From IMG/VR virus record IMGVR_UViG_3300011008_000008: a stretch of 64,000 nucleotides of DNA; one strand, 5' to 3'. How positions within the stretch are numbered: position 1 is the first letter of the stretch; each line of letters begins with the position of its first letter. The notes under the pieces are model-generated. The model had not been told where the DNA came from, did no database searches, and worked only from the letters and a program-made list of their open reading frames with translations. Both the position numbers and the translations under genes were made by a program. Source of the stretch: a virus. Its lineage: Duplodnaviria > Caudoviricetes. This document shows, piece after piece, positions 9,659 through 19,478 of the stretch.

Positions 9659-10513
9659 ATGAAGATTATTGATGTTAGCGAATACCAGGGCAATATTGAT
9701 TGGGCAAAGGCGGCAAAAGAAGTCGATTTTGTCATAATGAGAGCTTCAATATTACAGAGAAAAGATAATAAATATCAGCGGAATGTTGACGCATTGGAGC
9801 AACTAAACATCCCCTATCATGCCTATCATTATATTAAGGCGACAACGCTGGATGAAGCCAGAGATGAAGCTAAGGCATTTGCGGAGGCTACGAAGGATAG
9901 CAAGCCTGTGTTCTATATCATTGACGCGGAATGGAGTGGAATTGCGGCAAGTATTGCAAAGGATGTTATCGAAGAATTTGAAGCTGAGCTGCGCAGATCA
10001 GTAAAGCACGATATCCGTGTGGCTGTTTATATTGGGCATGACAAGTATAAGTCGTGGGCACTAAACTATGACCGGTATGCTTATGTTTGGATTCCACGCT
10101 ATGGAAAGAATAACGGTACAGTTGAAGGAGCTACTAAGCCGTCGTACACCTGTGATCTATGGCAGTATACCAGCAAAGGGAAGGTTGACGGTATTAAGGG
10201 CAACGTTGATGTTAGTGTATTGAATGGTAATAAACCTTTATCATTCTTCTTGACCGGAGAAGGAGCATATATGAATAATAACACAATTTTACAGAAAGGG
10301 AGCAAAGGCCGTGAAGTGAAACATCTCCAGAGTGTGTTGATGGCTCTGGGTTACGATCTCGGCAAGTATGGTGCAGATGGTAGTTATGGCAATCTGACCG
10401 TGGCGGCAGTAAAGAGCTTCCAGAAGGATCATGGTTTTCAGCAGACCGGGACTGTTACCGAGCTGCTGTATGATGAAATGTTTGTGGCGCTGGTAAAGAA
10501 CTGCGCTAAGTAA
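9659..10513 (+). CDS. GH25 muramidase endolysin with C-terminal PG-binding domain
   Basis: IDVSEYQG, YHY, DAE and WQYTSKG...VDVS motifs; LQKGSKG...DGSYG domain. Confidence 0.92.
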   Translation: MKIIDVSEYQGNIDWAKAAKEVDFVIMRASILQRKDNKYQRNVDALEQLNIPYHAYHYIKATTLDEARDEAKAFAEATKDSKPVFYIIDAEWSGIAASIAKDVIEEFEAELRRSVKHDIRVAVYIGHDKYKSWALNYDRYAYVWIPRYGKNNGTVEGATKPSYTCDLWQYTSKGKVDGIKGNVDVSVLNGNKPLSFFLTGEGAYMNNNTILQKGSKGREVKHLQSVLMALGYDLGKYGADGSYGNLTVAAVKSFQKDHGFQQTGTVTELLYDEMFVALVKNCAK

Positions 10514-10528
10514 GGTCGCAAAATTAAA

Positions 10529-10565
10529 GGACTATAAGAACGAATCTTATAGTCCTATTCTTTTG
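10529..10565 (+). terminator. Terminator after the lysis genes
   Basis: Perfect 11-bp stem GGACTATAAGA/TCTTATAGTCC with a T-rich tail. Confidence 0.7.
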
Positions 10566-10701
10566 CGTTTCAAGGTGTACAATTAAATCTACCATTCTAA
10601 ACCGTGGATTTAAGTCTATATCTTGAACCGTTATAAGCTCTGACCTCTAACACTTCATTAACGTTGTTTTTGTGCAAGTTGTATAGTCAGGTAAAAAGTA
10701 G

Positions 10702-10745
10702 TTACGATGTCAACGTAACGCTCTGACCAACTGAGCTATAACCCC
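10702..10745 (-). other. attP core candidate: 5' half of tRNA-Val(GAC)
   Basis: GGGGTTATAGCTCAGTTGGTCAGAGCGTTACG-TTGACAT-CGTAA, after which tRNA similarity stops; next to the integrase. Confidence 0.8.
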
Positions 10746-10757
10746 GCAACATTGGAT

Positions 10758-10786
10758 ATTATATCACGATGGTATGAGCTTGTCAA
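10758..10786 (-). promoter_or_regulatory. Consensus sigma70/A promoter for the tRNA-Val half
   Basis: TTGACA-N17-TATAAT, 12 nt upstream of tRNA G1. Confidence 0.85.
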
Positions 10787-10920
10787 CAAGATTTTTGGAT
10801 TGATTCTAAACCTTGTACACATTGCACAATAGATTTACAATCATTCATTAAATCATAGTTATCTCATTGGTCTTTGAGTAGTTGTCATATTGCACAATTT
10901 CGGTTAGGCTACTCTTATTC

Positions 10921-10988
10921 GGGTCACAAAACAGGTCACAAATAAAAAGTTTCTACCTATATATGTGCAGGTCACAAAGTGGGTCACA
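10921..10988 (+). repeat. Four RGGTCACA direct repeats (candidate integrase arm sites)
   Basis: Copies at 10921, 10933, 10969 and 10981 (spacing 12, 36, 12). Confidence 0.7.
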
Positions 10989-10993
10989 GTGCC

Positions 10994-12223
10994 CTACCGC
11001 GAGACGTATTGAGTCATGGTATTGTTGGCCTTGCGCAGATCATTTTTGTCAACATGGGTATATGTCCTTAACAGCATGCGCTCGTCCTTATGCCCCATGA
11101 TTTCCATTGCCGTCCTTATCGGCACACCGGCATTTGACATATTCGTTGCATAAGTGTGTCTACCAACATAGGGCGTCATTCCATATACATCAATTGTCTT
11201 TTTAATTCTGTTCCACATGTTCCGGGTAACAGATTCAGACGTGACATGTTCCCCATCATTGCCAATAATATATCCAACACTCTTGAACCGTTCGAGATAT
11301 TCATTGAGCCTTGGGTCTATAGGAACTTGCCTTAAACTTTCTTCTGTCTTGGTTTCACCAACGTCCGGCATTCCATTAACGAATACGAGATCACGGCGTA
11401 CATGAATCATCTTTTCATCGAAATCAATATCCTCCCATTTCAATCCATATATCTCACATGGGCGCAGACAAGTGAACATCAAGAACGCCATTAGTAATAT
11501 AGCATTGTCCTCCGTTAGATCAGGGATATGATCTATAATGTCAACCTGTTCGTCATGCGTCAACGGCTTTCGTTCTTCAATTTCTTTCTGTGACGGATTG
11601 CAGATGCGGTCTGAATCCATCGGGTTTCTGTCGATATGTCTGTCCTCATATGCAGATGCAAAAATCGCTTTAAGCATCCACATTATATCACGCACCTGTG
11701 ATTTGCAATAATGCGCCTTTGTCGAAAGATAATTCTGGATGTCAGTTGTCGTTATATCAGAAATATCTTTTCCTTCAAAAGCTGGCCTGATGTGGTTCCT
11801 AAATAACGATGAATCCTTTACCATCGTCTTAGGCCGCAGATTTGGCTTGTGGAACACGTCAAACCAGGTCTGGGCACAATCTTCCCACAAGTGCGGTTCG
11901 TGGGATGACAGAGCCTTTTCTGGGCTTCTGGCGGTGTTCAGAATTGCTGCAATGGAGTTGTGCAATTCTTCTTTACTATTCCCTACCGCCCAGGCAAATA
12001 CAGGAGCGCCACTTTCATTCATTCCAACTCTTACACGTTCCCTAAATTTAGATGCCATGTTTTCTTCTCCTTTCTCATCGGAGAAATCAGAGCTTATAAC
12101 GTTTTCAAGGTTCGATAGACTTTCATCCTTTGTATATTGTAACACATTTTCATTTAAGGATGCAAGCATATTATGTATCTCTTGAACTTGGCTTAATAAT
12201 TTTTCGTTATCTATACTATTCAT
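10994..12223 (-). CDS. int: Tyrosine recombinase (phage integrase)
   Basis: CLRPCEI, GRHTYAT and MGH...YTH catalytic motifs. Confidence 0.93.
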   Translation of the reverse strand: MNSIDNEKLLSQVQEIHNMLASLNENVLQYTKDESLSNLENVISSDFSDEKGEENMASKFRERVRVGMNESGAPVFAWAVGNSKEELHNSIAAILNTARSPEKALSSHEPHLWEDCAQTWFDVFHKPNLRPKTMVKDSSLFRNHIRPAFEGKDISDITTTDIQNYLSTKAHYCKSQVRDIMWMLKAIFASAYEDRHIDRNPMDSDRICNPSQKEIEERKPLTHDEQVDIIDHIPDLTEDNAILLMAFLMFTCLRPCEIYGLKWEDIDFDEKMIHVRRDLVFVNGMPDVGETKTEESLRQVPIDPRLNEYLERFKSVGYIIGNDGEHVTSESVTRNMWNRIKKTIDVYGMTPYVGRHTYATNMSNAGVPIRTAMEIMGHKDERMLLRTYTHVDKNDLRKANNTMTQYVSR

Positions 12224-12261
12224 TTTTTAAATTAGCCCCAACCGCCCATCCCATTTACCAA

Positions 12262-12762
12262 TTACTTACTTGTACTTCCAAATCCTCTTGTGCGAATCCC
12301 GCTTGCATCATCGCCGGTTACAATACCAAACGGCACAAATACACCCTGGACAATTGCGTCGCCAGCCCTTACAATTAAAAGCTTGTCGCCGTCATTGGTC
12401 AGCTTGATAAAGATATGCCCCTCATTCAGAGCGTTATAATAATCAGAATCAATAATGCCAACCGTGTTATTAAGCTGCAACTTATAATTGAAGCCAAGGC
12501 CACTGCGCGGGAACATCATGAGCACCCAACCTTCATCAATTCTGGCGCGAATGCCCGTGGGGAACTTGATCATTTCACCAGGTGCAAGCGCGAAGTCAAT
12601 CGGTGAATAAAAATCATATCCGGCAGAACCAATGGTTGCACGTTGAGGAATCTTAATTTCATCATATGGCATGACATTATCCTTCAACTTGCCAAAGCAA
12701 TTGTTCCAATCTTTGTTAAACTGTTCTACGCTTACTTTCTTAAATTCTGCAATCGCGTTCAT
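12262..12762 (-). CDS. dut: Trimeric dUTPase
   Basis: SAGYDF, PRSGLG, GIIDSDY and RGFGST motifs. Confidence 0.95.
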   Translation of the reverse strand: MNAIAEFKKVSVEQFNKDWNNCFGKLKDNVMPYDEIKIPQRATIGSAGYDFYSPIDFALAPGEMIKFPTGIRARIDEGWVLMMFPRSGLGFNYKLQLNNTVGIIDSDYYNALNEGHIFIKLTNDGDKLLIVRAGDAIVQGVFVPFGIVTGDDASGIRTRGFGSTSK

Positions 12763-13265
12763 TGTTTGTTTTCCTCCTGATACATGTTAATACTGCTAAT
12801 CCTGTTCTTAATTGGTTCATTATTATATATAACTATCATAGTTGGAAATGGTGCTGGGGAAATTTTGAAATTACCATCCGGTCTCCAAGATGGGAATGTT
12901 CTGTTTTCAAATTTAAGTCTCCCCTTTACAAAACGAATTTCTGTTGCCTTGTCCATTATGTATTTATGAAACCAATCTGTGTCTGTCCTACTTGGAATTA
13001 GCATAACAATGGTTGTGCCGTTTTCATTATGTTCATTCCAGCATTTTTCCACCCACTGTTTAATTGATCTGCCATAAGGCGGATTACAAAATACAGTTTC
13101 ATTTTTCCAACTTTGTTTTAATCCATCTTCCGTCTTTGTATAATGCTTTTCGCATTTGTTGTTGTATTCCTGACTACATGGGTCAAGCGTGAAATTAAAT
13201 TCATTATTTAGCAAATCAAATAATTCTTGTGGTGTTTCCCACTCATCTGATTTGCTACTTGCCAT
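12759..13265 (-). CDS. Phage N6-adenine DNA methyltransferase
   Basis: WETPQ, LDPC, FCNPPYG and RTDT motifs. Confidence 0.9.
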   Translation of the reverse strand: MASSKSDEWETPQELFDLLNNEFNFTLDPCSQEYNNKCEKHYTKTEDGLKQSWKNETVFCNPPYGRSIKQWVEKCWNEHNENGTTIVMLIPSRTDTDWFHKYIMDKATEIRFVKGRLKFENRTFPSWRPDGNFKISPAPFPTMIVIYNNEPIKNRISSINMYQEENKQ

Positions 13266-13296
13266 AACGCCTATTCCTATAGTATCATCTCCTGCA

Positions 13297-13695
13297 TTAT
13301 TCTATAATCTTTAACTCTAATTTGATATCGTCTGGTATGTTATCCCGCCAAATAAATCTATTCTTTAGGATATAGTTGTTATAAACACTCGCCGTCTTAT
13401 TTGCACGGTTTTTCGCTTGCATAGCCCAGGACAATTGGTTTTCATTCTCGCTATCCTTATATTGTTCATAGGACAGCCTATCACTTTCATAACTTGAGAT
13501 CATTGCACGAGCTGTATCTTCAACTTCTTTCAGTGTTGAATAATTCGTTCGATCATCAACTCTTTGTACGAAATAATCATTTAGATTAATCATGCCTCTG
13601 CCAATCGGCGAACAAGCATATGAGAATACGAGCACAAATACAACAATGATAAACAAGAATGTTATCTTGATTATTAGATCAACTTTCTTCTGCAT
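13297..13695 (-). CDS. Membrane-anchored hypothetical protein
   Basis: N-terminal TM segment. Confidence 0.6.
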   Translation of the reverse strand: MQKKVDLIIKITFLFIIVVFVLVFSYACSPIGRGMINLNDYFVQRVDDRTNYSTLKEVEDTARAMISSYESDRLSYEQYKDSENENQLSWAMQAKNRANKTASVYNNYILKNRFIWRDNIPDDIKLELKIIE

Positions 13696-13700
13696 ATGGC

Positions 13701-14324
13701 TTAACTCCCTTGATAAGTTATAACAGGATTGCCAATCTCAAACGGAATATCGCTAAATAGGTATGTGCCATTCCATTCCATGTACTTTCCATCTGGTGTG
13801 AAGAAGAAAATACCGCTATCATTCTCGCCATAAGAACCGTCTACGTCCGCAATCCACTTATTATACTTCGTCCAATCTCCACCATAGATAACTTCAAAAT
13901 ACTCGCTATCTGGTGTAAGGAAACTATTCAGCGAACTGACTTTCCCATCAACTTCAAACCTGCCAACTACACCGCCACCCTCGGTAAGAAGAATAACATA
14001 ACCCATTGGAATGTCAGCAATTGGGCAAGGAACTGTATTGGCCTTATCACGCATGCCGTTTACCCAATATGCACGGCGAATCAGGTTGTACCTCTCTAAG
14101 CTGTAAGAGATATCCGTAGGGGTTGGCTGCTTGGATGCCAATTTCGATCCTACATCCAATGTGTTTGAAACATCCTCCTGAGTGCTTTGCGCATTCGGTG
14201 AATATGTTGCGCTGCAACCGCAAAGAATCATTGCAAGTAAAGAGGTAATCGTAAGTGCAATAATTAATTTCACTACTCTGTTCATTCTCATTCTCTCCTT
14301 TGATCTTGTTAGGCTGTTCATCAA
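13701..14324 (-). CDS. Putative lipoprotein
   Basis: Signal peptide with LCGC lipobox. Confidence 0.65.
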   Translation of the reverse strand: MMNSLTRSKERMRMNRVVKLIIALTITSLLAMILCGCSATYSPNAQSTQEDVSNTLDVGSKLASKQPTPTDISYSLERYNLIRRAYWVNGMRDKANTVPCPIADIPMGYVILLTEGGGVVGRFEVDGKVSSLNSFLTPDSEYFEVIYGGDWTKYNKWIADVDGSYGENDSGIFFFTPDGKYMEWNGTYLFSDIPFEIGNPVITYQGS

Positions 14325-14365
14325 TCATTAAATAAGACAATTAGCTATTTGTCTTATTTGCTTAT

Positions 14366-14411
14366 ATTATATAATATAAATAGCGTCTTGTCAATACCTT
14401 TTTGTCTTATT
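14366..14411 (-). promoter_or_regulatory. Phage promoter with upstream AATAAGACA box
   Basis: TTGACA-N17-TATAAT; one of five similar copies. Confidence 0.85.
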
Positions 14412-14480
14412 ACTTGAATAAAATTGTGTTTTTATTTACTGCGAAACCCTCTAAGTAAGAGAGTTTTGAAATGCTACTTT

Positions 14481-14663
14481 TTAGCAAAACTCTATATCGC
14501 TTCTGCTCACAATATAAGACAAGTTATGGTATCGTATTTCAACGATGCTAACTTCGTTTTCTGGCGAACATATGTTTTCATCTGCTACCTCGACAAGTGT
14601 ACCAGCGGGTATTATTGTATTACTTTCCGTCGTTATGTCTTTCAACATTACTGCGTTTTTCAT
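14481..14663 (-). CDS. Hypothetical protein
   Basis: AAGGAG RBS; overlapping chain of minus-strand ORFs. Confidence 0.5.
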   Translation of the reverse strand: MKNAVMLKDITTESNTIIPAGTLVEVADENICSPENEVSIVEIRYHNLSYIVSRSDIEFC

Positions 14664-14913
14664 CTTTGTTCTCCTTCTGAATATTAACTATGATCTCTTG
14701 AGGATCGCCGATGTCGAACTTTTTACAACCATCGATATGCCAGGGCGTAATGTAGTCGCCAGTCAATTCACATTTGTAACTTACCGAACCATTATCTACC
14801 CCATCATGGAGATAGTGTGTTCTGATCATATTTTTACATCGGTAACAGTTTTCAAGCCAATAGTCAATGCCCGATTTCTTTCTTCTTGGCATTCTTTCTC
14901 TTATCTCCCGCAA
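14620..14913 (-). CDS. Small Cys-containing hypothetical protein
   Basis: CxxC plus further Cys residues; overlapping chain. Confidence 0.45.
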   Translation of the reverse strand: MREIRERMPRRKKSGIDYWLENCYRCKNMIRTHYLHDGVDNGSVSYKCELTGDYITPWHIDGCKKFDIGDPQEIIVNIQKENKDEKRSNVERHNDGK

Positions 14914-15151
14914 TTATAAAAATCATAAAGATACCGAATATTGCAGACAGTATGATTTCAACCACAAATGGAATTATGATTGGAAGCAACACTGTTATCC
15001 ACGAACAGTGAATCTCGCCAAGTAACTGCAATATGACAAGCAGTACTCCAATGAAAATGCTTGCATAAGCAGATAAACCTACTATAGCAATAATCGCTTT
15101 ACCCCAGCGATATTCATTATCCGCATTCATAAAGAACCTTTCTATTATCAT
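14864..15151 (-). CDS. Two-TM membrane protein
   Basis: Hydrophobic segments with a W..VLLP motif. Confidence 0.55.
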   Translation of the reverse strand: MIIERFFMNADNEYRWGKAIIAIVGLSAYASIFIGVLLVILQLLGEIHCSWITVLLPIIIPFVVEIILSAIFGIFMIFIIAGDKRKNAKKKEIGH

Positions 15152-15581
15152 CGTCTACTTTTTTCTGTAGATAATATCCTTCAAGCTCCCAAATTTTGTC
15201 CTTAATCTTCTTTAGGCAAATCTTGTAGCCAATATTTTCGCTATATCGTTCTGGTGATACACAAGCAGATGATTCCGTAATAATGAATCCGTTTGGCAGC
15301 TTTACATAAACAACTGTGCATTTATCGAATACTGTTTCGATATTTATTTCGCTGTTGGCCAGCAAATCCTCGATCATTTCCTCAGTCACAGTCGGCGCAT
15401 CTTTCTTCAATGTAAAGTATTTTGCAAATTCATCTTCGGACATGCAGCCAAGGTGAAGCCCATTGCCAAACTTAAATGAAATTATATCGTCGTTGACAGC
15501 AACAACTTCGCAGACTTCGCCTATGTTCTTAAAAGCGCCCATTTCTTTCTTCAAAACTATCTTGTCTCCGACTTTAACCAT
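15117..15581 (-). CDS. Phage protein with Gp49-like C-terminal domain
   Basis: LPNGF...SACVSPERYSENIG...IWELEGY motif. Confidence 0.7.
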   Translation of the reverse strand: MVKVGDKIVLKKEMGAFKNIGEVCEVVAVNDDIISFKFGNGLHLGCMSEDEFAKYFTLKKDAPTVTEEMIEDLLANSEINIETVFDKCTVVYVKLPNGFIITESSACVSPERYSENIGYKICLKKIKDKIWELEGYYLQKKVDDDNRKVLYECG

Positions 15582-15584
15582 GCT

Positions 15585-15833
15585 TCAATCCTCCTTATTA
15601 ATCTCATAGAAGAAGTTGATCATATAACCTTCGTCTGCACGATTCATGCAGAAAATTTCCCACTCATCGCCATGTGCTTTACATAGCTCTCCAATAGCCA
15701 CATATTGAGAAAGCTTGCTCTTTAGATTGAATTCTTCGCTTCCATCAGTAGAGCGCAGGAGCACATCGCCCCTGCACTTATTTACAGCATCAATTAGTGT
15801 TTCAACGTCTTTTGCATTCTTCAATAGCATCAT
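15585..15833 (-). CDS. Small hypothetical protein (possibly HPr-like fold)
   Basis: V..C.GDV.L...NLKS pattern. Confidence 0.5.
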   Translation of the reverse strand: MMLLKNAKDVETLIDAVNKCRGDVLLRSTDGSEEFNLKSKLSQYVAIGELCKAHGDEWEIFCMNRADEGYMINFFYEINKED

Positions 15834-15895
15834 ATTCTATATCTCCTTTATCCTTTTATATGGAGGGTATACCGAATACCCTCCGCGTTTTACTA

Positions 15896-18181
15896 TCACT
15901 GACACTTAGACCATCCACAAGATGGGCATCTATCACACCCACCTTCGTGGATTAATACTTCTCCACATTCTGGGCATTTCATACCATCATCAATTGTTGT
16001 TTTTGTAATATTAGGAACTGTCGTGCTGGCTGAGATTGTTCCAATATCCGCGTCTGCGTCGGAATAGCTAATATCTTCCTGCATTTCTCGCCACATATCT
16101 TTTAATGCATTACCGATAGCAACTGGGCAACAGCTTCCGCGTGAAGTATCGTGCTTTGTCGCTGAACGAGCCGCATAGCTTGGGCATGTACCAGAACTTG
16201 ATAACTGATCAATAATGGAATCTATTCCTACACCACCCCTGGCAGCAAGTGAAATCATTCTTGAAAGACCAATCATGAAATTATTACATCCACCCGTTGA
16301 ACCTTTGCTCAAGTATGTTTCCATCAGATCTCCAGTAACCGGATCAAAGAACGCAAGGCAATGGAGGCTTCCACAGCCTGTGGTTAGTTTACGCTTTTTG
16401 CCTACCAAGTCATTGCTGGACTCAATAATAAATCCGCGATTTGATATTGAATTAGCCTTTGTTTCTTCTTTAGGTTTATCCTCTTTCTTTGTGTCTGTTG
16501 ATAAAATACCTGCGCGTCTGCATCCATTTCTAAATACCGTAATCCCCTTTAGGCCATACTTTGCAGCATTTAGATAGATTTCTTCGACATCTTCAACTTT
16601 TGCTTCGTTTGGCAGGTTGATCGTAGATGATATAGAAGCATCGATATACTTTTGCCAAACGCTCTGCATTTTAATCCTATTAATAGGTTTGATATCAGAG
16701 GAAGTCACAAAGTACTCCGGAAGTTCTGCATCATCTTTTAAATGATAATGTTCCATATACTTTTTTACAATCGGTGTGTATACCTTAAACTCCTTGTCTT
16801 TACCAAAAAGACTTTCGGTTTTCCTGGTATAGTAATTTGCAAAGATAGGTTCAATTCCGCCAGAAATACCGAGCATAGTTGATAGTGTACCCGTAGGAGC
16901 AATTGTAAGTAATTGACTATTATAAAGCCCGTGCTCCCTTATATACTTTTTATTATCATCGGAGATATTTTCTTGGTAGAATGTTGATCTACATAGTTTC
17001 TCATAATCATATTTATGGAATGTAGTCTCATTAATTGCCGCCAAATTCGCAGAAGCATATATTGCAGAATTGAGGATACAATACGCTATATTAGAACAAA
17101 TGTTAATGGATTCATCGCTACCATACGTTACGCCCATACGAATGAGCATATCAGCAATACCCATTACGCCTAAGCCTATCTGTCTCCAATCGCGCACGCT
17201 ATCACGTTGTTCCTGCAGCGGATGAAGCGGCAAACCTTCATCAAGGATTTCATTTAGGGCAACTGTAGCAGTGAATACAGTCTCCCCTAATTCTTCAAAA
17301 TCAAAATTGCCATCTTGGTCTACAAATTCAGCAAGATTAATACTCCCAAGCAAACACGACCCACCAGCCGGAAGCGGTTCCTCCGCGCATGGATTGACAC
17401 CAGCATAAGAAAAATCTTCATAGCCACTATTTAAATTCCAACCTGAAATTCGATCCCAAAATAGCATCCCAGGTTCACCCATGTCCCAATTATTATAGGC
17501 AATCTTATGGAATAACTCTTTAGCCTTTATTGTTTTGTGAACTACTTCTCCTGTTTCTTCTCTGGTAAAACTTAGTTCATAATCATCGTCATTTATAATA
17601 GCGTCAATGAAATCTTGCTTAATTCTAATTGATGTATTAGCCTTGGTTACACGCTCCAAATCTTCCTTAATATTAATGAAATCCTCAATATCTGGATGAT
17701 TCACGTCAATAGATAACATCAAGGCTCCGCGCCTACCGTTCTGAGAAATTAGACCAGTAACCATAGAATACAAATCCATGAACGATACTGCGCCAGACGA
17801 TTCCTTAGCAGCATTTCTAACCCTTGCTCCTTTAGGTGCAAGATGAGATAAATCAACACCGCACCCACCCCCATATGAATATGTCCTGGCGAGTTTTTTT
17901 GCACAGTCAAAAATGCTTTCAAGGTTATCTTTTGGCGGACTAATAACATAACAGTTTGAGTATGTAATTTTCTTTCCTTCTGTTCCACCAAGGCCACGGC
18001 TTGCAAGTATTCTGCCTCCTGGCAAAAATTTCTTTTCTATAATTAGTTTCTTAACTTTTTCGTTTCCTCCACTAATTCGATCAAGCCACTCATCAAATGT
18101 TTCATTGCCATTTCTATACTTTCTTTCGTAAATAGAAATGCCTATCTTATTATCTTCACCAAGCCATTCTTCAACTCTCAT
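15896..18181 (-). CDS. nrdJ: Class II (B12-dependent) ribonucleotide reductase
   Basis: PGGR, SNC, RRGA, NPCAE and APTGT motifs with C-terminal Zn ribbons; no NrdB partner seen. Confidence 0.92.
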   Translation of the reverse strand: MRVEEWLGEDNKIGISIYERKYRNGNETFDEWLDRISGGNEKVKKLIIEKKFLPGGRILASRGLGGTEGKKITYSNCYVISPPKDNLESIFDCAKKLARTYSYGGGCGVDLSHLAPKGARVRNAAKESSGAVSFMDLYSMVTGLISQNGRRGALMLSIDVNHPDIEDFINIKEDLERVTKANTSIRIKQDFIDAIINDDDYELSFTREETGEVVHKTIKAKELFHKIAYNNWDMGEPGMLFWDRISGWNLNSGYEDFSYAGVNPCAEEPLPAGGSCLLGSINLAEFVDQDGNFDFEELGETVFTATVALNEILDEGLPLHPLQEQRDSVRDWRQIGLGVMGIADMLIRMGVTYGSDESINICSNIAYCILNSAIYASANLAAINETTFHKYDYEKLCRSTFYQENISDDNKKYIREHGLYNSQLLTIAPTGTLSTMLGISGGIEPIFANYYTRKTESLFGKDKEFKVYTPIVKKYMEHYHLKDDAELPEYFVTSSDIKPINRIKMQSVWQKYIDASISSTINLPNEAKVEDVEEIYLNAAKYGLKGITVFRNGCRRAGILSTDTKKEDKPKEETKANSISNRGFIIESSNDLVGKKRKLTTGCGSLHCLAFFDPVTGDLMETYLSKGSTGGCNNFMIGLSRMISLAARGGVGIDSIIDQLSSSGTCPSYAARSATKHDTSRGSCCPVAIGNALKDMWREMQEDISYSDADADIGTISASTTVPNITKTTIDDGMKCPECGEVLIHEGGCDRCPSCGWSKCQ

Positions 18182-18194
18182 TATCTCGCTCCTT

Positions 18195-18635
18195 CTAAAT
18201 CAACAAGTATTCAATGATATATTGACAAGCTGAATTTAGATCAGGCTCTTGTCTAAACAAACTCAACTTAATCCAAGGGTGTATGTTTTCTTCTTCTCCA
18301 ATCCCTACTACAAATATATGTTTATCGCCAAACATATTCATTGCATTTACAAAGGCAAGTTCAAAGTGTGTGCCCACAGATGTATCAATTTCTTTTAGGT
18401 TCACAATCACAATATCGCATTTTCTAAGTTGGTTCAATTCCCACTCTTTAATTTCTGCTTCGGTTTTATGGTTAATATAATCATAGTTATAGTATAGTGG
18501 CGGATGGATAAAAGAAATTTCGCAATCTGAATACTGTTTCAATTTGTATTCAAATTCTTCTCTCCATTTCATTTGTTCTTCAAATGGTATGCCACTCATT
18601 TTACCTGCGGTATATATTTTAATTGCCATCTTCAC
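18195..18635 (-). CDS. Nucleoside 2-deoxyribosyltransferase-like protein
   Basis: IYTAGKM and S.GT.FE motifs. Confidence 0.75.
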   Translation of the reverse strand: MKMAIKIYTAGKMSGIPFEEQMKWREEFEYKLKQYSDCEISFIHPPLYYNYDYINHKTEAEIKEWELNQLRKCDIVIVNLKEIDTSVGTHFELAFVNAMNMFGDKHIFVVGIGEEENIHPWIKLSLFRQEPDLNSACQYIIEYLLI

Positions 18636-19194
18636 TTACCTCATTAATCGCTTTGATTATTTCTTCAAGACACAATACAGCTTGATTAATCGACATTTTA
18701 TACTGTGTATTATCAATTATAAAATCTGCTTCGTCAAGCAGCCCATCGAATTGACCGACATCCGATAGACTTCTGCGATACGCTTCTTCAATATCGTCGC
18801 CTCGTTTAAGGATGTTGATCAGCCTTGAACGCCTATCAACATATAAATACACAGCGTAAGCAATTATGCCAGCCCGTATAATAGCTCTATATCCCGCTGG
18901 TGTAAGAATAGCTACAGTGTCATTATCAGAGCTACAATCCTGAAGCGCCGTCCCATAATACCAACCTCTATAAACATTGTATTCTACAAAGAAATCTTCT
19001 TCGATAAGTTTATCAAATTCTTCTTTTGTAACAAAATGATAGTCGGAGTCAGCCTTTTCACCTTTCCTCATAGGTCGTGTTGTATAAGTAATTACTTTTT
19101 TATATTCCTTGTTCTTTTCCATGAAAGCTTTTACCAGGGTTGACTTTCCACTTCCAGATTCACCAATGATTACAATCATATTTTGTCCTTTCAA
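18619..19194 (-). CDS. gmk: Guanylate kinase-like
   Basis: GESGSGKS, TTRPMR.GE, DYHF and YGT motifs. Confidence 0.88.
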   Translation of the reverse strand: MKGQNMIVIIGESGSGKSTLVKAFMEKNKEYKKVITYTTRPMRKGEKADSDYHFVTKEEFDKLIEEDFFVEYNVYRGWYYGTALQDCSSDNDTVAILTPAGYRAIIRAGIIAYAVYLYVDRRSRLINILKRGDDIEEAYRRSLSDVGQFDGLLDEADFIIDNTQYKMSINQAVLCLEEIIKAINEVSEDGN

Positions 19195-19478
19195 TCAATT
19201 CTATTACAGTTTAAATCCAACAATTCGGCCTTTTCTTCAACTGAACTTATATCGTGAAATAATTCATCAAGATATTTATTGGCACATTCTTCACAGTAAT
19301 CCATATTTTCTATGTGGTATTTTGCTTCGTCACTCCCGCATTCATCACAATAAATGCATTGTACATGAAGTAAACTACATCCAGAGCCTAATGTACATGT
19401 TTCGCAACCGACGCATTGATTTTCAATTTCAATCATTGTTTTGTATCCCGGAATAGAAATACTGGTTATATAGATCAT
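19191..19478 (-). CDS. Cys-rich hypothetical protein
   Basis: Multiple CxxC motifs; real start probably internal. Confidence 0.5.
   Translation of the reverse strand: MIYITSISIPGYKTMIEIENQCVGCETCTLGSGCSLLHVQCIYCDECGSDEAKYHIENMDYCEECANKYLDELFHDISSVEEKAELLDLNCNRID

Noticed and set aside
10702-10745. Functional tRNA-Val gene
   Set aside because: There is no variable loop, T arm or 3' acceptor strand.
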